Shown one piece after another: positions 1 to 9,974 of a DNA stretch of 64,000 nt. Both the position numbers and the translations under genes were made by a program. This stretch comes from a virus. The stretch is from the IMG/VR virus record IMGVR_UViG_3300020048_000054, positions 32,001 through 96,000 of that record; one strand, written 5' to 3'. Positions within the stretch are counted from its first letter, which is position 1. Every line of letters starts with the position of its first letter. Below the pieces are notes generated by a model that saw only the letters and a program-made list of their open reading frames with translations, was not told the origin of the DNA and ran no database searches.

Positions 1-41
1 TTACACCAGGCCCCTTTAGATTGGGATTACCGAGATAACTC

Positions 42-503
42 TTACTTGGATTGTTGTTCCTCATTATTATCCAATGCCTTTCTTCTACTTCGACCTTGAT
101 TTACAAGATCTTGCAGATCACTCGTAGAACCAACATATATCGCATTTGTTGTGTTATTATTCACTGTGATTTTTTCTTTTTCAATTTCTTTTTTTTGCTG
201 ATATAGACCCATTAGATCTTTGTTCATCTCAGCTAGCTGTTTTGCAAAGTTAGAAACAACTTCGAATCCACGAGGAGAATCTAGACTTTCTGCCAGTGAT
301 ATTGCATTCTCTAGGCTATCTTTACCCTTGTCTATTAATTCTTTCAGATTAAGTCTTGCATATTCAAAATCATTATCCATTCTTTTGTCTGCAGGAATTC
401 CCTCTGCTACTTTTACTTGTCTTAATTCTTTCTTTGGGGCAGAAAAATCAACTCCAAGACTTTCGGATATAGTATCAAACACTTTTGGAATATTTTCTTT
501 CAT
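42..503 (-). CDS. gp16: Terminase small subunit (T4 gp16-like)
   Basis: Motifs DFEYARLNLKELI, SPRGFEVV and NNTTNAIYVGSTSDLQ are typical of T4-like gp16; follows gp15. Confidence 0.9.
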   Translation of the reverse strand: MKENIPKVFDTISESLGVDFSAPKKELRQVKVAEGIPADKRMDNDFEYARLNLKELIDKGKDSLENAISLAESLDSPRGFEVVSNFAKQLAEMNKDLMGLYQQKKEIEKEKITVNNNTTNAIYVGSTSDLQDLVNQGRSRRKALDNNEEQQSK

Positions 504-1159
504 AGGGTATTGTCCTCAAGTATATTGACATCAATTTCTTTAATAATCCCAAAGTCACTTACTCTACTGAATATATGTGCTTTAGCAGTGAATGAGAAAG
601 AAGAAATAACAGATCTTCTTGTTGTCATATCTCCTTCATACTGTTCTGTCATGTTTGTTGTATTGAGTATTATTGGAACATCAACATTAGTATCTACGTC
701 ATTCATCTTAAGAGTAACTATAAATTCTGGAGAGAAGTATGGAAGTATTTGTTCCATTATTTGTAGATTATCATCGACGGTTCTTGTGAAACAATATAAA
801 GAAAATTGCACATTATATGGAACTTCTGAATATGCTTGTTGTGTATACGTTTCTCCGTTTACTAATGAACTTTTAAACTTTTTGTTTATTTTGTTTATTT
901 TTCTAGTGGGATCATATTGAAGAGTTGTCATCTCAAATGCCATTTTAGGAAGCAAAGTTTCGATTTTAACATTACTAGAAATAGAACTTGATTCGTTAAT
1001 TCTTCTGATAAATTTTTCTTTACCAGAATATGTAAGAGGAACTCTTGTTCTTTCTATTTTGCCATCTGATGTGTCTTTTGAAATATAAATTTCATCAAAC
1101 AATCCACCAAACGCTAATGTTAATTTTCTTAATGTTTGATTATAAAAGTATTGAAACAT
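500..1159 (-). CDS. gp15: Tail completion / sheath stabiliser (gp15)
   Basis: YFYNQTLRK..FGGLF, VPLTY..KEKF, LPKMAFE and QIMEQILPYFSP motifs; gp13-14-15-16 order. Confidence 0.92.
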   Translation of the reverse strand: MFQYFYNQTLRKLTLAFGGLFDEIYISKDTSDGKIERTRVPLTYSGKEKFIRRINESSSISSNVKIETLLPKMAFEMTTLQYDPTRKINKINKKFKSSLVNGETYTQQAYSEVPYNVQFSLYCFTRTVDDNLQIMEQILPYFSPEFIVTLKMNDVDTNVDVPIILNTTNMTEQYEGDMTTRRSVISSFSFTAKAHIFSRVSDFGIIKEIDVNILEDNTL

Positions 1160-2085
1160 TAGTATATTCCTTCAGAAAATGGATCAATATCGGTAAAGTT
1201 GTATACATCAAGTGAATCTTCAGTATATTTAATGGATTCATTATCACCTGTGGAGAGAGAATCTATCGGAGATATTGGAATTATGAGATTAGTTCCAGTT
1301 ATACCTGTAACATAATATTCGGCACCAGACTCTTTTCCTCGAATACTTTGTGAGTTGTATAGGAACGAACCACTAATTCCATATACTTCCATTGTGTTAC
1401 TAGTTGGATAGAATTTAACACAATGAGCTTCTGCAGTTGCATTTGCATATGCTCCTCCAGTAGCACCAGTGATTCCGCGTACCTGATATACCATTTCTCC
1501 ATCGTAGAAAATTTTACCAGTAGAAATTTGAGTAGATATGCTAAACAAATCTACTTCTGCTCTATTTTCTGTTGTTACTGCATCAATATCAGTTTCACCT
1601 GTTGCAAACTCATCACCATCTTCTAGTGTAGTTAGTTCGCAGATTAGTGAGTATGTGTATAACTTACCGGCTTGATAAAACGGATTTTCGTGTTCTACAA
1701 AGTTAATTTCAAACAATCCACTACTGAGAGGAAAATAAATTAAATCTCCTTCTCTTGGTCTTGTTATTCCATCATATTTTTCTGCTATTTCTTTATTAAA
1801 TCGTTTCTTAGAAATAATAAGAGTAATTTTATCTCTTACCTCTAATCCAAACTTCGAGATGATATCTCCCTCTCCTTCAAAACCAGAAACAGATTGAATA
1901 TACATTTCTAAAGGAAACGATTTACTAAATCTATATTGAGCTTCTCCGAATTCAACATTTTTATTATATTGTTCGCGAGGAATATAAAGCATATCCCTAC
2001 CCATAGCTTTGATGATCTCTATAGAGAGATCTTCAATTATGTTTTGCTCGCCTGAGTAGTCTTTGAAGTAGGGATTCTTTGCCAT
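1159..2085 (-). CDS. gp14: Neck protein (gp14)
   Basis: EQNIIEDL..E.I, GFEGEGDIISKFGLEVRD, RPREGDLIYFP and FEINFVEHENPFYQ motifs. Confidence 0.93.
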   Translation of the reverse strand: MAKNPYFKDYSGEQNIIEDLSIEIIKAMGRDMLYIPREQYNKNVEFGEAQYRFSKSFPLEMYIQSVSGFEGEGDIISKFGLEVRDKITLIISKKRFNKEIAEKYDGITRPREGDLIYFPLSSGLFEINFVEHENPFYQAGKLYTYSLICELTTLEDGDEFATGETDIDAVTTENRAEVDLFSISTQISTGKIFYDGEMVYQVRGITGATGGAYANATAEAHCVKFYPTSNTMEVYGISGSFLYNSQSIRGKESGAEYYVTGITGTNLIIPISPIDSLSTGDNESIKYTEDSLDVYNFTDIDPFSEGIY

Positions 2086-2086
2086 A

Positions 2087-2893
2087 TTAACCGATCATGA
2101 AATTTATGGGGAGTTCGTACTCTAGCTGGATCTGTTGTTCGATGAGAGCAATTTCGTTCTGAGCTTCTGCTACAATCTCTGGACCTCGAAGAGTGACTCC
2201 ACCTGGCAGAACAACTCCACCAAATTTAGCCATATTCATTCCCCATTGTCTTTTGATCAGAGCAGTCAGATACTTCTTGAGTAATCTGTCGTTGTAGATT
2301 TCCGTAAATTTGTCTGGGTTTAGAAGAACATAAGCTTCGATCATGATGTTGGCTCCTGGAACTAATTCCTGTTGCCAATTCATTTCGACATGTAGCTTAT
2401 TTGTTACTTTACTAAATCGTATAGTTTTTTCTGGTTGAAACATATCCGAAATCAGATTAATATAACGCTTGGTGCTGTCATATTGAGCTAATCCCAGATT
2501 TGTGCTGGACATGAGGTTGGTATTAATACCAAAGTAATCGGTAAGAGCCATTTGGTATCTAACATCGAACATAGACAAATTACCAAATGGGCCAAACTGG
2601 AATAGTTTGACTACGGTGACTATATCCATCCCGGTTGGTCCATCGCCACCAAACCCATTTACCGGACCAAGAGTATCGGTGTTGATATATTCATTGGCTA
2701 TATCTTGTGCAGTAACGGGATAAAGAAAGAAAGCTTTCTCTACTCCGTCAAAGTGTCTTTCAGAGAACTGTTGCAAAGCATCATCTAAACGGTCTTCACA
2801 TTGCTGCCAATCTACATTAATATCAACAACTGGTGCTCCCAGCTGTCTCAATGAGTATTCGATAAGAGTTTGTCGTGAATTAGGTGCTGCCAT
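2087..2893 (-). CDS. gp13: Neck protein (gp13)
   Basis: LRQLGAPVVDINV, ERHFDG and LKKYLTALIKRQWG.N..KF.G..LPGGVTL motifs. Confidence 0.93.
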   Translation of the reverse strand: MAAPNSRQTLIEYSLRQLGAPVVDINVDWQQCEDRLDDALQQFSERHFDGVEKAFFLYPVTAQDIANEYINTDTLGPVNGFGGDGPTGMDIVTVVKLFQFGPFGNLSMFDVRYQMALTDYFGINTNLMSSTNLGLAQYDSTKRYINLISDMFQPEKTIRFSKVTNKLHVEMNWQQELVPGANIMIEAYVLLNPDKFTEIYNDRLLKKYLTALIKRQWGMNMAKFGGVVLPGGVTLRGPEIVAEAQNEIALIEQQIQLEYELPINFMIG

Positions 2894-2909
2894 AAAATCT
2901 CCTTAAAGG

Positions 2910-2917
2910 TATTTATG
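2910..2917 (-). promoter_or_regulatory. T4-like late promoter (CATAAATA) upstream of gp13
   Basis: One mismatch to the T4 late consensus TATAAATA; lies just upstream of the RBS of gp13. Confidence 0.55.
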
Positions 2918-2928
2918 GCATTAACCAA

Positions 2929-3519
2929 TTACCCTAATTGCTGTGTGTTTAATGTAGTTTCATCTTTAGGTAACATCTTTGCATCTCTTTCATCCATAGC
3001 TTTCTGCATAGCTTCAGGCATGTCTGGAAGAGTCACTGGCATCTTATTTAGATCATCGAACGCTATATTCTCAAGATAATACTTTCGAGTGATCGGTGAT
3101 ATAGCTTCGTCTGGTTTGCTAGCGACATAGTTAGTAAACCCAGGCATGGTGATTGGGCAGTTCAACTTTGGATAGTCTAGCTTGCTGTAATCATTACCAT
3201 TTGCAACTAACCAAGTACCAGCACGATCCCCACAGCCACATCCGCCACAGAAATACTGTCCATCTGTCTTACTTTCCTTCAAATGCTCGCAGGGAGGAAC
3301 CACGCCGTTCAGGTGCTTATCTCCGAAGCAGCTGAGAACTCTCAATTGCTTTGTTGCTCTGTTTATCTTCTTTTCGTTTAGACCCTTAGAAGTAAGAGAC
3401 ATAGCAAAACTCTGTATCATTCCTATTTTTCTAGAAATAATATTTTTAGTATCTGGTACAGTCACTGTTCTGAATTTTATTGGGTCTGGCTTACTAGAAC
3501 ACGTTTTTTCATCACTCAT
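2929..3519 (-). CDS. Hypothetical Cys-rich protein (possible metal binding)
   Basis: 196-aa ORF with SCFG..PPCEH..FCGGCGCG..LNCP; co-oriented with the structural operon. Confidence 0.6.
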   Translation of the reverse strand: MSDEKTCSSKPDPIKFRTVTVPDTKNIISRKIGMIQSFAMSLTSKGLNEKKINRATKQLRVLSCFGDKHLNGVVPPCEHLKESKTDGQYFCGGCGCGDRAGTWLVANGNDYSKLDYPKLNCPITMPGFTNYVASKPDEAISPITRKYYLENIAFDDLNKMPVTLPDMPEAMQKAMDERDAKMLPKDETTLNTQQLG

Positions 3520-3524
3520 AATAA

Positions 3525-6101
3525 TTACTCCAGTTCAATCCTTCGAATAAGACGAACATTAACTTTAGTTCTTCTTGGTACTAAGTATATAGATCCATAA
3601 TCTTTCTTGCTGTAACTCTGTCCAAACATAAATGCTTGGTTTTTAAATATCTGAGAATCTAAATCAAATTTGGTGCTAGATTGCATTTTAAAATATGGTG
3701 TAGATGTCAAATATATGCCGCTATTCATAGATTTGAATGCTTCTGGAATGAAAAATCCATGATTCAATTTGTTATTAACAAATTCAAGCTCATTCTTTGA
3801 TGGCAAATACCAACCAGAAAGTCTGGAATGCTCTCTTAGTTTTTCCATGGCTTTAGATTGTATGCCATAGTATACATTGCTATCTCCAAATGTATTCCAC
3901 ATACCATCATACATTGATGGTGGAATTACCTCGGTGCTTTCAAATTCATCATTTAAGAAATCCATAGTGTAATCATTTGATGCAACAACAATTGCCCATT
4001 TCTTATTAGTAGTACCATATCCAACCACAGATGGTTTGTATGCAAAAGCACTACCAGTTGTAGGATTACCTGTTACTGTTGAACCTATGGTATTTACAGG
4101 ATTGCCTGGTTCAAATATTCCAACATATAATCCATTCTTGTAGTAAGTTAAATCAGAGGTTGGTAATGTATTTTCTGGAGCAGTAAAGGCATTTACTCGA
4201 AGACTTCTATTTGATATTTCATCACAATTGACGCAATTTTCCAAATCTGGGGAGTCTATGCAACATATACGACCCTCCTGAAAAAATCCTCCTGCCCGAT
4301 CACAAGCACCTTCGGTGGTTGAAATACAATTCCTTGTATCAAAATCACCACAGCAACTTCCAAGTATTTGAGAGCTACAGATGACTTCATCTGGTTCTAC
4401 CACAGCTAAACACCTAGTATTGATGCACGATAAATCTATTATATCTGTAATTGATCTAGTTGGTTGATTATCAAAATCAGCAGAATCGCTAGAAATTTTG
4501 ACAATACCATTATTTTCATCTACAGCAAAACAAAATTCTTTACTTGGATCGTAATCATTAATTTCAGTATCAAATAAAGAATTAGAACACGAAACTAGTT
4601 TATATTTTTTAACAGGAATATTTAACTCAGAATTTTCAGAACTGCATGTCATGGTTCCATTACTTTCAATTCCGCATATTGTATAAGCACCCAATGAAAC
4701 TCTAACATAATCCTTTGCAGGTAAGCTTCTTACTATTGATTTAATTCTATTAACGGTTGCGGTATTAAATGGAGAATAATAGTCAAAACTTTTATCCTTT
4801 TTTTGCACAGCAAATCCTAGAGTTGATACGCTAAATAAAACACCACCAGTAGGATCTGTTAGCAAAGATGTTACCTTAAAATCATAAACATTATGTTGAT
4901 ATAATTTAATTAATTGATCAATTGGTAGTGTATTATTGTTGAAAGTTCTATACTGATTAGTTTTTCCATTATAGAATCTACCAGTTATTTTTACTCTCTC
5001 ACTTGTATTGTTTATACTAGCACTGAATGTTCTGGTTGCTATTAGATCTTTTACAGGAAGAGTTGGTGGTGTTACTGGTACTGGTGAATCTGATGCATTT
5101 GTAAAACTTTCACTGAATTTAGGAGAGGCAAAATATACAGGTACTGAATTTTCATTTAGTATTGCAAAATATCCATTAGACCATATTTCATTTTCTGGTA
5201 AATCAAAATTCATTGAATATGCACCAGGACATAGTTTTGTTACTCCAACACCAACTAATGATTTTGCTTCATTTGTGATGTCTATAGAAGTTTGATTTTC
5301 GTGTCTTGGAGCTAATATAACATCATATAAAAATGGAACAGTTTCATTTCTTATTTGAAAAGCAAATTGATTTACTGATTGAATAAACTTGCCCATGAAT
5401 CTTGAGTCATACCAAGACTTTGTTCCGCATCTGTTGGAATCTGGAAGATTCCAACAAAACAAATTAGTACCATTGCTACACGAATTCATTACATTATCAT
5501 TACTTATAGAGAGCGCACATTCATCTCGAACAGGAAATGCTGCTCCTACTTGAGTATCACACTGTCTTCCGTTTGTGTAGAAGATTGATGTGTATGGAAA
5601 TGCAGCCAATTCAGCACATTCTTTTTCTGAACATAAATCGGTGCAATTAGAAACTACTGTACCATCATCTAAAAACTCTGGATGGCAACATGCTCTCTTT
5701 TTTCTAAAATCTATTTGATTAGACTTACTAGCAGATCCAGAAATACACCAACCATCCTTTATACCTAAATCTGTTTGAGTTTCCGTACAAGTTGCTAAAT
5801 CTCCTGCTTTCCATAATCCACTAAGAGATTCGCATTCACATAATGTTGTTTTTTGTAACTTGCTTGATGTTGTTGACTTGCACGCACAGCAGCATCCAAG
5901 AGTCGAAGGAGTTATTGAATTATCACAATCTCCTGCAATAAAGTGTCCACCTGAACTATTACATTCGGTTAAACTTGTGTTGGCAGTACGATTAACTGTT
6001 CCTTCGGTTATAACGTGACAACATCCAGTTATTCCAGAATTTGCAATATACTGCGAATAATCAACTGATGTTTGTGATCTTGTTCTAAATTGAACCGACA
6101 T
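3525..6101 (-). CDS. Large Cys-rich virion fibre/adhesin-like protein with C-terminal DUF1566/Lcl-like domain
   Basis: Likely start MSVQFRTR at 6101; GCC/ACC repeats; C-terminal GWYLPSKNELE..YLTST..VRLIRR. Confidence 0.6.
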   Translation of the reverse strand: MSVQFRTRSQTSVDYSQYIANSGITGCCHVITEGTVNRTANTSLTECNSSGGHFIAGDCDNSITPSTLGCCCACKSTTSSKLQKTTLCECESLSGLWKAGDLATCTETQTDLGIKDGWCISGSASKSNQIDFRKKRACCHPEFLDDGTVVSNCTDLCSEKECAELAAFPYTSIFYTNGRQCDTQVGAAFPVRDECALSISNDNVMNSCSNGTNLFCWNLPDSNRCGTKSWYDSRFMGKFIQSVNQFAFQIRNETVPFLYDVILAPRHENQTSIDITNEAKSLVGVGVTKLCPGAYSMNFDLPENEIWSNGYFAILNENSVPVYFASPKFSESFTNASDSPVPVTPPTLPVKDLIATRTFSASINNTSERVKITGRFYNGKTNQYRTFNNNTLPIDQLIKLYQHNVYDFKVTSLLTDPTGGVLFSVSTLGFAVQKKDKSFDYYSPFNTATVNRIKSIVRSLPAKDYVRVSLGAYTICGIESNGTMTCSSENSELNIPVKKYKLVSCSNSLFDTEINDYDPSKEFCFAVDENNGIVKISSDSADFDNQPTRSITDIIDLSCINTRCLAVVEPDEVICSSQILGSCCGDFDTRNCISTTEGACDRAGGFFQEGRICCIDSPDLENCVNCDEISNRSLRVNAFTAPENTLPTSDLTYYKNGLYVGIFEPGNPVNTIGSTVTGNPTTGSAFAYKPSVVGYGTTNKKWAIVVASNDYTMDFLNDEFESTEVIPPSMYDGMWNTFGDSNVYYGIQSKAMEKLREHSRLSGWYLPSKNELEFVNNKLNHGFFIPEAFKSMNSGIYLTSTPYFKMQSSTKFDLDSQIFKNQAFMFGQSYSKKDYGSIYLVPRRTKVNVRLIRRIELE

Positions 6102-6102
6102 A

Positions 6103-9100
6103 TTAGCAGCTTTCGTATGAATTACAATTAGGGCATAGCATATCAACACAAACACCCGGAATTATATAAACTCTCTTACTAGTTATTTGAGATTTGTTTA
6201 CTACTTGTGCTGTAAATGGAGATGGTGTTTCTACCGTGGATGGAGCAATAAGACCACCAGATCCTTGCCAATTATTAGGATCACCACCACTACCATCATT
6301 ATACTCGGGGCATAACCCCACACCTGAACAGACACCTGGAGATGTTTCTACACACCCTCCTCCACAACCGCACAAACCCTCACATTCTGTGTCTTGCGCA
6401 ATACACAACGGAGCATCTACTGAACCCCCACCACCAGTAGGAGCACATGAATCAGGACCTTCAAATCCATTCTGATAAGCTAATGGAATCTTCATATTAT
6501 CATCAGTTTTCATAGTAGTGGTGACTGCGCCAGAACCATCATCATGATAAAACACAGTAGATGTTCTAAATGAATCTAAATTATATCGAAGATTTCTACC
6601 AAAAATTCCTCTAACATACTGTATCTGTGTAGTAGTATCACTAGCGAGTTTTTTCAAATATCTTTCTCCAAGTTTTTGAATACCATTTATATTATTTGGT
6701 GGGTAGTACATATCTGGAGGACCACCTCCCTGTGCTGGAGGTCCTATCGGATCAAAACTTGGTTCTGGTAAAGCCCATGATGATGTAGTATTATTACAAC
6801 ATCCGTCCCCTATAGGAGATGGCCACACATATGCAGTGCCGTAATTTATTAAACCACCTAGTTGATATGGATCGTAAGTAAAGACAATAGGATTATTTTG
6901 GCCTCCCATACAAAATTCATTTGGACTTACTGGATTATTTCTTATTGAGCCAATAAAGTTACTGTCTATACTTGCAGCCAATCCATCCTGCAATTCTCTG
7001 TTCGCTATGGGTGTACTATCATACCTGTCTAAAAATGTCTTTAACCAAGTCTTTCCTCGTTGTAATAAAAATTCATGAACTATGTCCTTTATATTAGAAT
7101 TTTTAAAAAGGTTCAGATTATAAGTATTTTTCTTATATAAAGCTTTAGTGCAAGTAGATTGGCCATATTTGTATGTTATTCTTCCCCACAGAGGTGGGAA
7201 TGGTGCATATAATCCAGCTTTGATTCTATCTTGATATGGCTCTATTTTATTTACAAATTTTGGTAATTCGTTTGACAAATCTGTATATGGAATGTTATCG
7301 TTAACTGGATCACATAGTAAACAATTAGTTAATTGTTCTGGTGTTGTATATCCATATCTTTTTAAACAGTTTTCTCTAGTTTCTACTTTATTGCTACTTG
7401 TTTTATATGAACCAACATAATTACATCTAAAATTAATATCTGTACTAATAAGTGTACTAGGAGCAGAGGTAACTAAACCAACAGTAGCATTTAATACTTC
7501 TCCTACGTTATTTGGAACCGCTGTTCCGATAAAGGAAGGAGCGAATGCACTTGTATTAGTTTCATCATAGTATAATATATTATTATCACGCGATAAAGCA
7601 TACCCAGCAGGATTTAATCCAGCCGGTAATGTAATACCAATAATAGAAGCATTAGCATTAAATAGTGGTAGTATACTAAAATCGTTTTCTACATACCCAG
7701 CTGCAGCATCTAATAATATAGCTTTAGATTGTGGTACTGAAAATACAGATCTAAATGGAGCTTGAGACGATCCTGCTACTTGTTCGGCAAACTCGCTATT
7801 AGACGGTGATGGGGGAGCGTTAGGAGGTATTATGCTACGATTTCCATCGGTATTTAATACAGTTGGATCTGAATTCACTATTATAGGAAAACACCAAAAA
7901 CATGCAGCATATTCAGGGTCTTCTGGTGGTAGTGGTATGCAATTACACTCATCAAACTTAAAATCAGTTCCAGCACCGAGTGTAGCACAGCTATTATCAC
8001 CATTAGTAAGTTCAAAATCAAAAGGTGTTCCGCAGCTATTATCTACACACGTTTTGAAACAAGGCTTGGTTAGGCATGTTTGATCAGCAACACAAGGTCC
8101 TGGTTCGAATCCTACGGAGCATTCAGCACCACAAAGTGTTGTTTCTTGTAAACATTGTGTTCCGTCACATCTATGACATGTTTTAGATATGCACTTATTA
8201 TCACAAGTATTCTGAAATTCATAAAAGTTTATATTAACTTCGGAACAAGAATTTCCAGTAGTAATAATTTCAGTACAACCACATGGTGAGCCATTTGGGT
8301 TACATTCATAGCAAGTTAATTGATTTTGAACTGTGCAGCAAATATCTTTCTCTAAATTCACATCAATTGGGCATTTTGTATTCTTACCCATATAAATTCC
8401 ATTAAGCCCATCAACCGCATCATTGCATGCGAATGGTGTATCTACATTTTCGCATCTATAAATATTACCTTCTTCTTGTATGCAACATGCTCCCGGAGCA
8501 ATGATATGATCGCAGCAATTTGCACTGGTGCAATTAGGAGCAAGAACAGTAGTTCCTTCTAAGTAATCACAATGCGCTTCTGTGAGTTGTCCTAAACATG
8601 TTCCGTTTTTGCAGCATATTGTAGGAGTCTTACATTTATTAAAACATAGACCAGAAGGTTCAGGAGGAACTGCTGCAGGTTTTCCTATATTATCCGTGTT
8701 GTCAGTTTCTGGAAAAAATCCAACTTGACCACATGTTATACCTGAGATAAAATAGCCACCAATAATTTGACACAGAGTTGGATCTATATCAGAAACACAT
8801 TTTCCTTCTGTGCAACAAACTCCATCAAACTCTTTTTGTTCTCCTACTATGCATGAATTTTTATCGCAAGGAACTATTCCTTCAAAGTTTCCATCTCGTT
8901 CTGTGCAGTATGTCTGTGTGACATAATCATCGCAGTGTTTTGTTCCATCTACATCGAAGTAGCAGCAGGAACCACGAACACCAGGATTTTTAATATTTTC
9001 TGCGCCAATTCCTCTTGCAGTAAAACTTGCACGCCAAACTTCGTCTTCACTCGTTCTCCACATGTGAAGAATATTAACGCCAGGATAAAATATTGGTTTA

Positions 9101-9963
9101 CTTTCTGCATCAAATACAACATCTTCTGGGAAGTTCCAAATATCCTCTCCATGAACAATCAAGGTGACAGACATGACCTGTCCGTCAGGAATTGCAATAA
9201 TATTACTTGTAGTGAATGCTTTAATTCCGAGTGGAGTAATTAAGTTAAAAACTGTTGCTCTAGAAACATCTAGTGTAATTCCTTCTACTCCAGCGATATA
9301 GAAATTAGAGAGATTTACTGTAAAATCACCACGTTCTATTGGACCAACAGAGAGAGATGATTCAATAATATCAGCAACTATATTTCTTCCAGCTGTCTCT
9401 CCTCCGAAATTCACATATCCATAATTGAAGGTAGTGATGTGTTCAACTCGATTTGTTCCAAGGGAAGTTTCAGGAATCAAATCCGTAGACATGATTGCTG
9501 TTTTAGATTGTGCATACACAATTCTATTATTCTCTGCAAATTCAGAAATTCCACCAGCTCCACTATTGGCAGATATTGTAAACACCAAAGCACCATCTGT
9601 GCTGTATGTTATTCCCAATAAACCATCAGTTCTAAAGTTATAAAAATCTAAAGTAATACCACCACACACACCTTTTAGAATAGATGTTTCTGAACCAAGA
9701 GAAAATGCTGTTACTCCTGCATATACTCCGGTTGCTCCTTTAAGAATTCCTGGGCTTACGTTATTTCCATCAGATAAACCAAATTCTACTACTCCTTCTT
9801 CGGTTACAAGTACGGATGTAATATAATTAGAATCTAAGCCAGTGGCTCCAGTAGATCCACGAACCGTTTGATTTGCTCCAGTAGCACCAGTTGCTCCTAT
9901 GGGTCCAGCTGAACCTAACCCGCTGCCTGGATATATTGTACTGAAGCCAATCTCATTTGCCAT
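6103..9963 (-). CDS. Large Cys-rich virion fibre-like protein (collagen-like N-terminus, GxCC repeats)
   Basis: N-terminal GATGATG; repeated GSCC/GVCC/GACC units; 1286 aa. Confidence 0.6.
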   Translation of the reverse strand: MANEIGFSTIYPGSGLGSAGPIGATGATGANQTVRGSTGATGLDSNYITSVLVTEEGVVEFGLSDGNNVSPGILKGATGVYAGVTAFSLGSETSILKGVCGGITLDFYNFRTDGLLGITYSTDGALVFTISANSGAGGISEFAENNRIVYAQSKTAIMSTDLIPETSLGTNRVEHITTFNYGYVNFGGETAGRNIVADIIESSLSVGPIERGDFTVNLSNFYIAGVEGITLDVSRATVFNLITPLGIKAFTTSNIIAIPDGQVMSVTLIVHGEDIWNFPEDVVFDAESKPIFYPGVNILHMWRTSEDEVWRASFTARGIGAENIKNPGVRGSCCYFDVDGTKHCDDYVTQTYCTERDGNFEGIVPCDKNSCIVGEQKEFDGVCCTEGKCVSDIDPTLCQIIGGYFISGITCGQVGFFPETDNTDNIGKPAAVPPEPSGLCFNKCKTPTICCKNGTCLGQLTEAHCDYLEGTTVLAPNCTSANCCDHIIAPGACCIQEEGNIYRCENVDTPFACNDAVDGLNGIYMGKNTKCPIDVNLEKDICCTVQNQLTCYECNPNGSPCGCTEIITTGNSCSEVNINFYEFQNTCDNKCISKTCHRCDGTQCLQETTLCGAECSVGFEPGPCVADQTCLTKPCFKTCVDNSCGTPFDFELTNGDNSCATLGAGTDFKFDECNCIPLPPEDPEYAACFWCFPIIVNSDPTVLNTDGNRSIIPPNAPPSPSNSEFAEQVAGSSQAPFRSVFSVPQSKAILLDAAAGYVENDFSILPLFNANASIIGITLPAGLNPAGYALSRDNNILYYDETNTSAFAPSFIGTAVPNNVGEVLNATVGLVTSAPSTLISTDINFRCNYVGSYKTSSNKVETRENCLKRYGYTTPEQLTNCLLCDPVNDNIPYTDLSNELPKFVNKIEPYQDRIKAGLYAPFPPLWGRITYKYGQSTCTKALYKKNTYNLNLFKNSNIKDIVHEFLLQRGKTWLKTFLDRYDSTPIANRELQDGLAASIDSNFIGSIRNNPVSPNEFCMGGQNNPIVFTYDPYQLGGLINYGTAYVWPSPIGDGCCNNTTSSWALPEPSFDPIGPPAQGGGPPDMYYPPNNINGIQKLGERYLKKLASDTTTQIQYVRGIFGRNLRYNLDSFRTSTVFYHDDGSGAVTTTMKTDDNMKIPLAYQNGFEGPDSCAPTGGGGSVDAPLCIAQDTECEGLCGCGGGCVETSPGVCSGVGLCPEYNDGSGGDPNNWQGSGGLIAPSTVETPSPFTAQVVNKSQITSKRVYIIPGVCVDMLCPNCNSYESC

Positions 9964-9974
9964 TAGTTATTCTC